Source of the DNA: Stegostoma tigrinum | Lineage: Eukaryota | Assembly (NCBI RefSeq): GCF_030684315.1 | Contig: NC_081387.1 | Span: 7,048,497-7,112,496, forward strand | Reading direction: 5' to 3' | Length of the DNA: 64,000 nt | The notes under the pieces: model-generated | Databases searched by the model: none | Told to the model about the DNA's origin: nothing | The model's input: only the letters and a program-made list of their open reading frames with translations | Part shown: one piece after another, positions 51,950 to 64,000 of the stretch | Numbering within the stretch: position 1 is the first letter of the stretch | Layout of the letters: the number at the start of each line of letters is the position of its first letter | Made by a program: the position numbers and the translations under genes

Positions 51950-53620
51950 CTCATGAGAGCGGGAGTACTGGTCAGGAGAGTAGGAATAGGAGGGAGGGCA
52001 GAGGAATGCGTGTCTGAGGAGCATGGAACAGGGATAGAGATTTTTGGATCATTGAAATCTCTCCTGGAGCAACAGTGACTATACACGACCTAGAGTTTAC
52101 ACAAGGACTGGAAGAGAACCAACATCCTGGAGAGGTGGTTTTCTGGAACTAATCTAATATAGTTAAGCTAGTCTAATGAGGGGATTGGGATCCTAAACAA
52201 CGATGAGACAAAAGAGAACAATGAAACTGGGACAGAAGCTAAAGAAAGCAAGTTAAATAGACAATGCAGGAAATTGCACTGCAAAGAATGAGAGCTCACT
52301 AATAAATCAAACTGCATTTATTTTACAGCAAAAGGACCAACAGGTCTGGCAGATTAACTCAGAGCATAGATGGGAGTGTGGGACTGTGACTTCATTGCTA
52401 TTACAGAAACATGGCTTAGGGAGGGACACGTTCCGGGTTACACGTTATGTAGGAAAGATAGAAAGGGACTAAGCAAGGAGGCTTAGTGATGTTTTTAATT
52501 CAGCATAACATCAGAGCAGTACTTAGACAGTATATTTTTGAGGGATTGTCCAATGAGTCTCTTTGGGTAGAACTGAGAAATAAGAAGGGTGTGATCACTT
52601 TGATGGGATTGTGCTATGTACCCCCATTAGTCAGTGGAAAACTGAGGAGCAAATATGTCGGAAATCGCTACAGACAGCTATAGAATAGAATTGTAATAGT
52701 TACCGATTCAAAATTTTGGAACATAGGCTAAGTCTGCCATTGTGTTAAGTGTTTGGAAAGGAAGGAATTTGTTAATAGTGTGCAGGAAAGTTTTGCAATA
52801 AATATGTAGGTGCAGAAGGAGTGGTCTGGTCCACAAGGTAAAGTTATAATAGGGCAAAGGCTAATTTTGTTTGTATGAGTTGAGAACTCTCAAAAGTTGA
52901 TTGGAAGATGTTGTTCAAAGGTAAATGTGCATCTGGTAATTGGAAAGATTTCAGAAGTGAGATAAGGAGAGTTCAGAGACTGCATTTTCCTATCAGTGTG
53001 CAGGGCAAGTCTGAAATGGGTAGGGAACACTGGGTGACTGGAGATATTCAGGTAAAGGAAAGGAAAGAGGCACATATCAGGTGTAGGCAGCTGGGATCAC
53101 CTGAATTCCTTTAGTAGTCTAAGGGATGTAGGAGTAACCTTAAGAGGGAAACCAAGAGAGTGAACATGGGGATGTGAAAAAACTTTGGATTCTTCTTAAA
53201 CTCATCTGCTAAATAGATTCTGCAAGTGTATTAAGGGTAAAATCTTAACTAGGGAGAGGATCAAACCCTTAAAGATAAAGTTGTCATCTATGTGTTGAGC
53301 CACAGGAGTTGGATGACATCCTAAATGATTATTTCTTGTTATTATTTACTGTGGAGGAAAACATGGAATCTCGGGGCCTGAAGGAGGTCAATAGTAATGT
53401 CTTGAAAAGAGTCTACATGACAGAAGAGCAAGTCTTCAGGTCTTAAAATGCATGAACGTTGATAAAACCACATAACATCTTCAAAAGGTGTCTCAGGACA
53501 TTGCAGGAAGCTACTAAAGAAATTGTAGGGCTCCCAGCAGAGATACTTTTGTCAATGGCAGGCATGGGTCTGTAGCTGGAAGCTTGGCAGGTGGCTGATG
53601 TTGTGTCATTTTGTAAGAAA
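51950..53620 (+). mobile_element. Decayed CR1 (ORF1 end, endonuclease, RT start)
   Basis: IAITETWL, ESLWVELRNKKG endonuclease motifs. Confidence 0.78.
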
Positions 53621-55009
53621 GTATTATGGACCAGGTCATACCCCCTCAAAGTGTATGAAGAAGATAGCCTATACCCCAATGTATTTTGTTCAAAGGCAAG
53701 TGAAAGACGTTGTGCTCTAGCTGCAATTTATTTGGTCAAACTACCAGGCTTGAAGCAAAACACATTTCATTCTAATACTATAGTTCAAACACAAACAGAA
53801 GAAAGAAGAATTGAGATAACTTTTGTTGGAAAACATAACAGAATAATTGAATATTTCATGACTAAACATCAATTTTTCCAATATAGCAGCATTCCATAAA
53901 TGCACCTTTGGCCGAGGAAAATTCAATAATTTAAACTGTCTCACATGCAAATCTCCAGTCCAAGAGGAAAGGACATCATGAAAAATTATGACAGAGAAAA
54001 CTGATGAGTTTTACAGTTGCAGAGAGAGATGTTTACTAGCTTCCAAGCACCAACATCTACTGAAAACTGAAGTTAAAAACCTGGCGTTGTGGGAACTTGA
54101 TCTCACTCCTGTGTAAATCTTAGAATCCTTACAATTTGGAAACAGGCCCTTTGGACAAAAACATCCACACCAACCCTTGGAACATCCCACCCAGATCCAT
54201 CCCCTTTAATCCACTGAGTCTACACATCCCTGAACACTTCAGGCAATTTAGTATGGCCAATCCATTAATGATGCTTGTATTATTCCAACTTCAAACTAAA
54301 AAGCGAAGGCCTCACAAGCTGTTAACTTTATTAGCTTGCAACAGTCATTGCTTTACCTCTGTCTCAACCTTTCATCATGAAAAGAAACAGGGCAGCATAA
54401 ATGGTATACATAGTATAATCATACCTTCCCACGTAAAAAAATGCACAAGTGCAATACAAAGACAATTCCATTTTTAAAACAGTTAGTCCTACATTGTTTG
54501 TGCACTAGTGTACATGTACATTACATTGACTCAAAGCATGCAGGCATTCAACATGAAAGTTCATTTCAGTTTATTTCTGCCAGCACCAAACACCTGTCAC
54601 ACTCATTAAAGTCATGACAATACATCAGGAATTATATTCTCTTGTCTTGCAGCGTGTATAATTTTTGAAGTTGAATGAAAGCAATAAGAACCTCAAGCCA
54701 AATAGCCTGGAATTGATATTCTTAAAGTTTTTTTTTCAGAAAACGTAGCTAAGAGGTTATGATAAGTACACACAATTGCCTCAGATACATTACTGACAAC
54801 ATAAATGTTGAAATGTTGAAATGTTGCAATGTCAATGCCAAATTCAAGGTCTCCTTCTCAAATGTGATTTTTTTTTCCTGGAGACGAATATCCTGCTCCT
54901 CTGATGCTGTTTGGCCTGCTGTGCTCATCCAGCTCTACACCTTGTTATCTCAGATTCTCCAGCACTGGCAGTTCCTACTATAAATCGATACATCCGTTGT
55001 TTTTGGACT

Positions 55010-55167
55010 TTTTTATTTGAAAGCAAAAGCTTTCAAAGCCTCGCTTCCTGAAGAAGGACAAAGGTTCTGAAAGCTTGCACTGTCAAATAAACCTGTTGGA
55101 GTGTAACCTGGTATTGTGCAATTTCTGACCTTGCCCACCCCAGCCCAACACTGGCACCTCCACATCA
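55010..55167. mobile_element. Short PLE family F4 palindrome with hammerhead-like core
   Basis: tttatttga..aagctttc / gaaagctt..tcaaataaa inverted arms; CTGAAGA..GAAAGCTT core with AGCU palindrome. Confidence 0.55.
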
Positions 55168-55276
55168 TATCTTTTGATAATCTTGGTGTACTTGCTATAG
55201 AAGGCCTGAAATAGAACAATGCTTGTAATACTAATTCTCTAAGTTTTGTCAATGGCATAACCTAGGTACAAATTTC

Positions 55277-55437
55277 CTAATGTCCTTTATGGAAGGAAAC
55301 TGCCATCCTTACCTGGTCTGGCCTACATGTGACTCTAGACCCACAATGTGGGTGACTCTTAACTGCCCTCTGGGCAATTAGGGATGGGCAGTAAATGCTG
55401 CCTAGCCATCGACACCCTCATTCCATAAATGAATAAA
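55277..55437 (+). mobile_element. SINE fragment made of the body and 3' tail of the 26281-29458 LINE family
   Basis: 55277-55372 matches 26480-26551; 55372-55437 matches 29390-29455. Confidence 0.75.
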
Positions 55438-58389
55438 CACAATTTTGGACTGGTCTGGGGAGAACATTTGTGGTAGAAACAGAAATCACAGTTATGAAAT
55501 TGCAGAGAAAGTGATTAGTTTATATGTTCAAAGATTGATGAATAGTGTTTCAGAGTCACCTGAAAACATCCACATTGTTTATTGGCATGCTCTGTTTTGC
55601 TGTAGGACAGTCAAAGGAAAAAGTAAACATTGAAAGAAAACAAAAGGTAAAGAAGCATGCAAGTGTTGTCAGTCAAGTGATGATTCTGTTAAGAAAGCAT
55701 ATGCTGTAAAATGACAGTTGAATGCAAGGTACTGATGTAACAGTTGGCTGTTATGAAGATAGCCTCTATGACCATTTGTCGCGCAGCAAATGATGTGCAA
55801 TTGGTCATGTTACCGAGAAAATTCATTGTGTCAAAAAGGATTCAGAGCTGGAATGTTTGTCAGAGCCAAGCAAAGAGATTGTGTCCCCTGTCCTGTCTAC
55901 AGTGCATACCCTGACAGATTTAAAACAACACTGCTGAAAACCAAGACTTTTTTTTCGTAGTCTTAACAAATATGTGAGCAAAATCTCAATGACCACTTCA
56001 CTGCTTATCGTCTACCAATATGAGAATGGCAGATTTATTCATACTCTCTGCTTCCTGCCTATTAACCAATCCTCCATCCATGCCAGAACCAACTGATTCT
56101 TAACAGGTGAGACTTTAATTCCTACTTTCTCATTTCTTGGTTAAGTAAATGTTTGGTCTAGAACTGTTGGATTTATTCTCTAATTTACGTTAGGTGTAGT
56201 CTTCTAACCCCTCTAAATTTCGGTTTGTTGAGTTGAATACAAGCTCCAGCTCAGATTTTCAGTTTCCATTTGTTCACTAACAAACTATGTCCAGCTTATG
56301 TGCAATAAAAAAAAGATAAATCAACTCCCTCTGACACTTCGATAACAAAGTGAAGCTCGTGGACTTTGTTTCCAGTTGATTTTCAAATTAGCTATATGTC
56401 AGAACCCTTCATTGTTACTTAAAAATTAAATGCACAAATCAAATCATAACTGTTTACATCATTACAGCATTCAGACTACTGGAATCACAGTTGTGACTCT
56501 GTTAGAAATGCATTCTGGTACGAACAACTTACATTTTCTTCCTGACAAAATAGCCAAACCGCTTTTTAAAATTTTCAGCACACTCATCTGGGTTTTTGAC
56601 AGATATGCATACATCAGCTACACTGATCTCTTCCATTGAAATGTAAATTAAGTAAACTGCCCTATAATACAACAGCTTGTAAAAACTTACAAATGTGACA
56701 CATTAGATTGGGCATTTCCACAGCGAAGTCATTTGCATCTCTAGTGATGGTAATTCATCATAATTCACAATCTATGTTAATAAGTAGTTAACTTTGTGGT
56801 GGAACTAATTTTGAAAACTAAAAGCATGGAACATCTCTAAAAATATTTTCACTTTTTGATCTAGATGTGCGGTTGCTACTGCCTCATCGGAATTTAAAAG
56901 GGTTGTGCGTGCAGTTACCACATTAACAAATATAAGGAGTAGAGAAGTTGGATCTGTGTGATTCCTTTGCCAGTCAGTAAGGCCATGATAGATATAATGG
57001 GTGAGCTGTGAATTTATATTGTATTCAAATTTATCTTGACATTCAATTCCCAAATAGTTGCAGGTATTTTTCTTGGAGGCTTTCAACAAAAGACTGTCCA
57101 TTCCTTCTAGACACAGGACATTTCAAAGAATCATTATTTGACCTGAGGAAACTTTCCCTTCTCATAGTCTTAACTGACTGATTCCTCATTTTGAGGCTGC
57201 CATCACAATTCTAGATGTCCCAGCAATAGTAAATATGTCTGATCAGCAAGCGAGGTTTTATTCTGCATTTCTGAGAAGAAATGAATTTCATGCAATCCAT
57301 TTGGACTTCAGCAAGACTTTTGATATAATTCCACAAGGAAGATTGATAGAAAAGTTCAGAGCCATGAGCTCCAAGGAAATTTGTCAAAATGAATCCAGGA
57401 TTGGTAATATACAAAATGGTGGTGTTGGATGTGTTTATTTTTTCTGACCTGATATTTGTGTCTTGCAGGGTTCAGCAGTCATTGTGTAAGGCACATATTG
57501 GTTGACATACACGTTGGCAAGTCAAACAACGCCAGAGATAATGAACTGTTTTAACCGAAGAAGTAAGCAGGATCAGTCAAACCTTGGTGTTCATGTCCAA
57601 CCGTCCTTGAAAGTTGTGACTGTTAATATAAAGTGGATAAGAAAGCATATGGAACACTCCCCTTTTTTTGGCCTGGGCGCAGACTTCATAGCTGGGAGGT
57701 TGTGCTGCAACTGTATAAAATATTAATTATGCCAGAGCTAGAATAATTGTGTTGAATTCTAGGATGCTCATGACAAGAGAGGGTTTAATTGCAACAGAGA
57801 GTGTGCAGAGGAAATTTACGAAAACATTTTCTCTGTTTGAAAGTCATACGTATGAAAAGAAATCGGATAGACTGGGGTCACTTTCTTTGGACCAGTGGAG
57901 TCTGAAGTGGGAAATAATTATGATCTGTAAAATTGAGCGTGGTAAATCGGGTGGAGAAGAAGGCATGTTTTGCTTTGGCATTTGGATTCTATTCCTCTTG
58001 ACATTCATCATCAATATATTGCAGAATTTTAGCTATTGATTTGTATATTTCTCATTCTCTTCCCCTGTTGATTCTACCTTTTCAACTGTCCCGCTGCCAA
58101 TTTTCAGAGTGATCATCAAATTCGTCCTTATTTCAGATTGTGGGGAAGACCTGGAGGCAAAATACTATCTAATGAAGATGTTCTATCTTTCTTTCTGGTG
58201 GAGGAACGTGAGACATTAGTGGCAATACTGGATAGATTGCTAGACTGAAAATCACTGCAGCTTGACAGGCGTCTGTGTTGAGGCTGCCCCAAAATTGTCA
58301 CCCAATTGCAGATCTTTTGGGGTGATTTGTGGGTGGATAATCAATATTTGATCAAACAAGATTAAACAACCTATTTTCCTACTTTGAGA

Positions 58390-60180
58390 AGACAACTTGC
58401 ACACGACCTGGAGGCAGACTGATACTCTGGTGGGGAGGTTTGCTGGAGCTATTCTTGAGGATTTAAACTAGTCTGGCTTGGGGTGAATTCCAAAACTGTG
58501 GGGAGATGAAAGACAAGGTTGAGACAGTACAGAAGTTAATGAGAGCCAGTTAAATGGCAGAAAGTGGTGTTGGTTATCCTCATCCTATATGGGACAAGGG
58601 GTACAGATGCTATAGGAAGGATTGAACAGCATACACGAGATGAGAGGTAGTTATATTTTTTATTAAGGAGAATATCACAGCTCTACTGAGAGAATATTCT
58701 TTAAGACACATCCACTGAATTTATATGGGTAGAACGGAGAAGTAAAAAGGGGGAGACCACTTTGATAGTATTGTAAGATACAGCCCTTCCATCCCCAATC
58801 TTAGTGGGAAACTGAGGAACATGTATGTAAGGAGATCACAGCTAGTTGTAAGAATAATAGGGTTACAACTGTAAGGGAATTTAACATTCTTAAAAGAAAC
58901 TGGGTCTACCAGAGTGTTAAAGGCTTGGATGGAGGGAAATTTGTTAAGTGTGTTCAGGAAAAATTTCTCATCCAGTATGTAGAAGGCCCTCATAGAGAAG
59001 GGGCAAAATGTGACATCTTCGAGAAATAAGGCAGTGCAAATGATGGAAGTATTAGCAAAAAAGCATTTTGGGACAAGCAACCAAAACTACATGAATTTTA
59101 AAATAGCTATGCAAAAGGACAGGTCTCATCCATGAGTTAAAGTTCAATGTTAGGAGAGACCAGATTTGATGATCTTTGACAGGAACTTTCAGAAGCTGAT
59201 TGAGCGAGGCTGTTTGCAGGGAAAGGGACACCTGATAAGTGGACATTTTCAAAAGTTACTTAATGGTTCAGGGTCAATGAATTCCTGTTAGAGTGAAGGG
59301 TAAGGCCAGCAGGATGAGGGAACCCTGAATGAATAGAGTTATTGAGGCCTTGGTCAAGAAAAGGAAGGAGGCATATGGCACATATAGGCAGCTGGGTTCA
59401 AGTAATTTCCTTGAGGAGTTGAGGAAGTTGCAGTGCACACAAGAGAGAAATCAGAAGGGTTAAAAGGGGCACAAGATAGATTTGGCAGATAAGTTAAAGG
59501 AAATTCTACAGGTATATGAAGGGCTAAAGAGTAACTAGGGAGAGAATAGGGCCTCTTAAATTCAACAAGGTCGTCTACGAGCAGAGCCACAAAAGGATGG
59601 GCGGGATCCTAAATGCATACATCTCTTCAGCATTTAACATCAAGAAAGGCAATGAATGCTAGGCAACTTGTGAAAATAAATGGCGATACCTTGAAGACAA
59701 TCCACATTACAGAAGTGGAGGTGCTGAAAGTCTTAAAATGCATTAAGGTGGATAAATTCTCTAGACCTGATGAAGTTTATTCTAGAACTTTGTGAGAGTT
59801 TAGAGAAGAAGTTGCAAGGCCCCTTGCATCCAACATTGACAGCCATAGGTGTAGTGCCAGAAGATTGGAAGGTGGCTAATATTATGCCATTATCTAAGAA
59901 ATGTGGGAGGAAAATGTCTGTGAACTACAGATCGATGGGCTTAAATGTCTATGGTGGGTAAGTTAGAGGTGATTCTGAGAGACAGGACCTACTAATACTT
60001 GGAAAGGCAAGGACTCATTTGGGATAGTCAGCATGGGTTTGTGCGTAGGAAATCTTATCTCACTTATTTGGTTTTTATTGAAGAATCAAAGACGATTGGT
60101 GAAGGCAGGACAATAGACATTGCTTTAGCATGACCTTTGATAAGATTGTGCATGGTGGGTTGCTGAGTGAGGTTAAAGCT
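58390..60180 (+). mobile_element. Decayed CR1 (endonuclease to RT)
   Basis: LKCIKVDKFSRPDEVYSRTL, VPEDWKVANIMPL, SQHGFV motifs. Confidence 0.8.
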
Positions 60181-61140
60181 ACCAATAGTTCTGAAGAAGT
60201 TTCACTGCTTTCTTTCCACAGATGCTCCCAGGCCTATTGAGAATTCTTTTTTCAGCACATTCAATTAAATATTCGACTTTAAAATTCATGAGCTTGGAAA
60301 TTAATAGAGATCACTAAAATCGTAACTGCTTCCTTACTGATTTGCCTCCTATCAGACATCTTTTACAAATATTATGATGTTCTTCCCCAGGAGCTTCCAC
60401 TGCAGCACTAAACAAAAAAATTTACTCTGCTTCTCTGGTTGCTAACACTTTTGGTAAAGCATTTTTTTCCACTGTTCACATCAGTCACACATGCAATAAA
60501 ATGAGGTTCAGAGATTGCTGTGTTAATTTGATTGTAATCAGGCCTTGGACACAATTTTTATCACTTCCAGCCATTTGCAAGCATCACCCTGCACAACTAT
60601 AACTAAAAATGAGAAAGAAACCCACACACTCAAGCAAGCCCATCTTATAAAAGCTTTGCCTGTTTTGGGTCTCTCCTCATGACCTTGGCAAAAATCAAAT
60701 CATTGTTATCTTTTGTAAATGTTTCAACATACTTCACACCAGTGGTTCTGCTCGAAAATGAGAAAGCACAAGGACTGATGAGATGCATCCAAGGATTTTG
60801 AAGGAAGTGAAGGTTAATATTGCCAAGGCAACTGCCATGATCATTCAGTCTTCCCTGGACTGCCACTGAATATCAAGGGGCTGTGAAAATAGGAATAGTG
60901 ATGGTGAAAACAGGAATGGGAGGATAGGGCAGATAAATGCATTGCTGAGGAGCTGGGGCAGTGAGCAGGGTACAGATTTTTGGATCATTAGGATCTCTTC
61001 TAGAGCAGAGGTGATCTTTACAAGAAGGAGGGGTTATACCTGGATGAGAGGGGGACCAAAATCCTAGCAGAGAGAATGGGAGAACTGAATGAGAGTTTGC
61101 TCGCTGAGCTGGAAGGTAGTTTTCAGACGTTTTGTCACCT

Positions 61141-62785
61141 TTTTCATTTTTATTTGAAAAAAAAACTTTATTCATAGAATGTACAAAAAACCCCAAAACA
61201 TTTATACACCTACCCAGTCACGCAAGCTGCTCCGGGTTACCCGGGGGTACGGACACCAACTAAAGGCAAAAACAAAACAAAAAAGAAATAAAAACAAAGC
61301 AAAGAAAAGAAAAAACCCCAGCAGTCGTCTCCCCGCACAGTCCCGGTTGGCCCCCTGACCAGTTGGGGAAGGCGCCAGCGGAGCCCAGTTACCAGATAGG
61401 GGCCTTGTTTCTGTTCTGGACGAGGGGTTTCATACGGTGGTCTTTCCCCACCACGCCTTGGCGGCAGCTGCCCCAAGCTTTAGCGCGTCCTTCAGCACGT
61501 AGTCCTGGAACTTGGAGTGCACCAGTCCACAAAACACGCGGGGTCAGTTCTTTCAGCTGGCAAACCAGCAAGATGCGGGCAGACCAAAGAGCGTCTTTCA
61601 CCGCATTGATGGTCCTCCAGGCGCAGTTGATGTTGGTCTCGGTGTGCGTCCGGGGAAACAGCCTGTAGAGCATGGAGTCCCATGTCACGGAGCTGTGGGG
61701 GGCGTGGGGGGGGAGAAGAGCGGAACCTGCAGGGGCGCTCTGCTGGCCTCGGGTCCATCCTGCAGGGCTGGTCCCTCCTGCACGACCTAGCCCTCCTGCA
61801 CATTAGGGGAGGTCCTTGCAGGGCCCTGGTACCTTCCTCTCCTCCGGCAGGGCTTGCCCCGCTTTGCCCCTGCCGGCGACCCGGGCATAGGTGGTTCCCC
61901 CGCTGCAGGCATGTCCTATAGAGGTGGCCTGCTCCCCAAAGGTTGCAGCTTTTTTCTTTTGGGCACTCCTTTGCAAGGTGTCCCCCCTCCCTGCAGTTCC
62001 TACAGATGGTGGCTTTGCAGTCAGCTGCTACGTGACCTGACCTACCACAGGCATGGCAGATTTTAGGTTGCCCTGCGTAGGTCGGGTAGCCCTTGCTCCC
62101 GCCGATCGCAAAGCTGGATGGTGAGAGTGTACGATGTTCCCGTCCGAGCCCGTCCTCAGCATCACCCTGTCCTGCCTCTTACTGGTCCAGATGCTTAAAG
62201 GGGTCCATGATGTTGGTTAGGTCCCCTTCCACCTTCACGTACCTTCCAAGGAAGGTCAGGACATCAACTGCTGGCACATGCGGATTGTACATGTGTACAG
62301 TCACCATACGGCTCCTCTGCACTGGCATCATGAACAGCGGGACAGCGGTCAATACAGAGAGGGGGCCCTCACCTCCTTTCTCCTTGAAAACCTCCTGGAA
62401 GGGCTCGCAAAGCTTGGCACTCCTGAAGGTTACATCGTAAAAACCTCCTCCAGGGAAATCCTGCAGGCAGTAAATGTCCGCAGCATAAACCCACAATAGT
62501 CCAACAGGACCCTCTTCACGAAGAAGGTGCGGTCCACAGATGCACCTTCATCCACCTTCTTCACGGAAACGCGGATGGTGTTCCAGACCCCCTGACCCGG
62601 GGCACGAGCACTCCCCGCAGACATCGTTGTGGATTGGCTGCTCCCCTGAACCAGCGTTAGGCCGAAGCCAGCATTAAGATCCACCGGTTGAAAGGGTGTA
62701 CAGCCAACCCGCCGTCTTCCTTCCACCTCCAACACAGTCGCGCTCTCCTCTTCTCGGTCCACAAAAGAGTGGGTCTTTATTTTGT
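61141..62785 (-). mobile_element. Internally deleted Tx1/L1-group retrotransposon: ZCCHC3-like ORF1 plus ORF2 C-terminus plus A-rich tail
   Basis: ORF1 from ATG ~62624: DIYCLQDFPGGGFYDVTFRS...YAGQPKI-CHACGRSGHVAADC-KATI-CRNCREGGHLAKEC-PKEKS-CNLW-GAGHLYRTC (frameshifted). Fused near 61700 to SVTWDSMLYRLFP..AWRTINAVKDALW. AATAAA and A-rich end at 61141-61172. Confidence 0.85.
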
Positions 62786-62825
62786 TCCGGATGTAGGCTG
62801 GTTCACTCAGCTGCAAGGTTCATTC

Positions 62826-62865
62826 CCAGACGTTTCATCACCATTCTAGGTAACCTCATCAGTGA
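62826..62865 (-). ncRNA. Minimal type I hammerhead ribozyme motif (PLE F3)
   Basis: UCA-CUGAUGA-G-GUUACC(UAGAAU)GGUGAU-GAA-ACGU-C-UGG: intact core, stems I and II. Confidence 0.75.
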
Positions 62866-63090
62866 GCCTCTGATGAAGCGCTGGTGTTATGTCCCGCGTT
62901 CTATTTATCTGTTTAGGTTTCCTTGTGTTGGTGATGTAATTTCCTGCATTGGTGATGTCATTTCCTCTTCTTTTTCTCAGAGGATGGTTCGATTGACTCC
63001 AAATCAATGTGTTTGTTGACATCACCAACCCAAGGAAACCTAAACAGATAAATAGAAAGCGGGACATAACACCAGCGCTTCACCGGAGGC

Positions 63091-63130
63091 TCACTGATGA
63101 TGTTACTTAGAAAGGTGATGAAACGTCTGA
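63091..63130 (+). ncRNA. Minimal type I hammerhead ribozyme motif (PLE F3)
   Basis: UCA-CUGAUGA-U-GUUACU(UAGAAA)GGUGAU-GAA-ACGU-C-UGA: 3-bp stem I UCA/UGA, intact core. Confidence 0.78.
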
Positions 63131-64000
63131 AAACTAACCTTCCAGCTCAGCCAGCAAACTCACATCCAGAAACTCAACCTGAGCTACAAATCTTCTCCAA
63201 ACTCGCTAATGGGAGAGCTATTCTTAACAAGTTACTCTGGCCTGGTAGGTAGGCAGGGATCCTAAACAGCAAGAGACAAGAAATCATGATGGGGCTGTTA
63301 GAGAAGTAAAAGAAAGCAAGTTAAACAGAAAAGGCAGGGAATTAGGAATGGGTGATAAATTAAATGGCATTTATCTGAAAGCAAGAGGGCAGACAGGTGA
63401 ACTCAGAGCATGGGTAGAAACACTGGAATAGTATATCATAGATACAAGGGAAACACAGCTGATGAAGGGGTCTGGTCTGGGGTACAGATCCTATAGGAAA
63501 GATAGAAGAGGAGGGGTAGTGTTTTTTTTAATTAATTAGGGGAAACATCAGAGCAGTACTTGGAGAGGATATTCCTGAGGGATCATCCAGTTAGGCTGTG
63601 AGTGCAAACGAGTTAAGTAGGAGTGATCACTTTGAAGGGATTATAATACAGGCTCATCATTATTCAGTGGGAATAATAAGGAGCAAACATGTAGGGAGAT
63701 CGCAGACAACTGTAAGAAGAATACAGTTATAATAGAGAGATGTAAACATTCCAAACACAGATTGGGATTGTCATAGTGCTAAAGTTTTGCAAAGCGTAGG
63801 TTTTTGTTGTAGGTGTTCAGGAAAGAAAGGACATTGTAATCAATATGTAGATGGCCCAATGAGAGAAGGTGGGAAATTCAACATGCCCTTGGGTAGTAAG
63901 CAGCAGGTCTGACTGAGGTGTTAGTGTGAGAGAACTTTGGAAGCGTATAGCATAATTCGGTTAGTTTTAAAACATTTACAGAAAAGTGTAGATCTGTTTC

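Larger units (their letters stand above)
61087..63207. mobile_element. Composite PLE F3 palindrome enclosing a Tx1-type element
   Basis: TSD aatgggagaact / aatgggagagct (61075-61086 / 63208-63219); left arm 61087-61140 inverted relative to 63113-63168; ~40-nt right tail. Confidence 0.8.

Noticed and set aside
53630-55930. Weak similarity between 53650-53750 and 55750-55830 (gaagatagcct; YEEDSLY / YEDSLY) as relic exons
   Set aside because: Only short matches, with stops and no recognisable domain; needs a translated search.
56532-56661. Minus-strand open segment bounded by AG and GTAAGT (AVYLIYISMEEISVADVC...)
   Set aside because: No recognisable homology and no partner exons; compatible with chance.
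61237-62499. Cluster of GC-rich plus-strand ORFs as a host gene
   Set aside because: They are antisense or alternative frames of the minus-strand Tx1 element.

Overview
Eukaryotic, repeat-dense vertebrate DNA, almost certainly from a cartilaginous fish (shark). This rests on the HE1-type SINEs, CR1/HER1 LINEs, abundant Penelope-like elements (PLEs) and shark-like MHC class I exons; the taxon is an inference. The only host protein gene is a minus-strand non-classical MHC class I heavy-chain gene that the ORF track misses: leader 34149-34200, alpha1 31724-31984, alpha2 22722-22997, alpha3 22342-22620, TM 22112-22223, and candidate cytoplasmic exons down to ~9209. Splice sites and phases of the five core exons are intact, but two point nonsense codons sit at conserved positions (W60, Q96). 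The protein lacks the alpha2 C101-C164 disulfide and all four N-terminal peptide-anchoring tyrosines, yet keeps T143/K146/W147. An intact tRNA-Glu(CTC) and a decayed tRNA-Asn(GTT) lie upstream. The rest is nested retroelements. At least four PLE families carry minimal hammerhead ribozyme cores and insert as fold-back palindromes (60 bp to 2 kb) with 12-15 bp target duplications and a fixed ~36-40 nt one-sided tail. There is also a decayed Gypsy element, many CR1 LINEs, an apparently ORF1-less LINE with a tRNA-like head plus its matching SINE, and an internally deleted Tx1-type element with a ZCCHC3-like ORF1 enclosed in a PLE palindrome. The right third shows old segmental duplication. Repeat boundaries are approximate unless a TSD is quoted.
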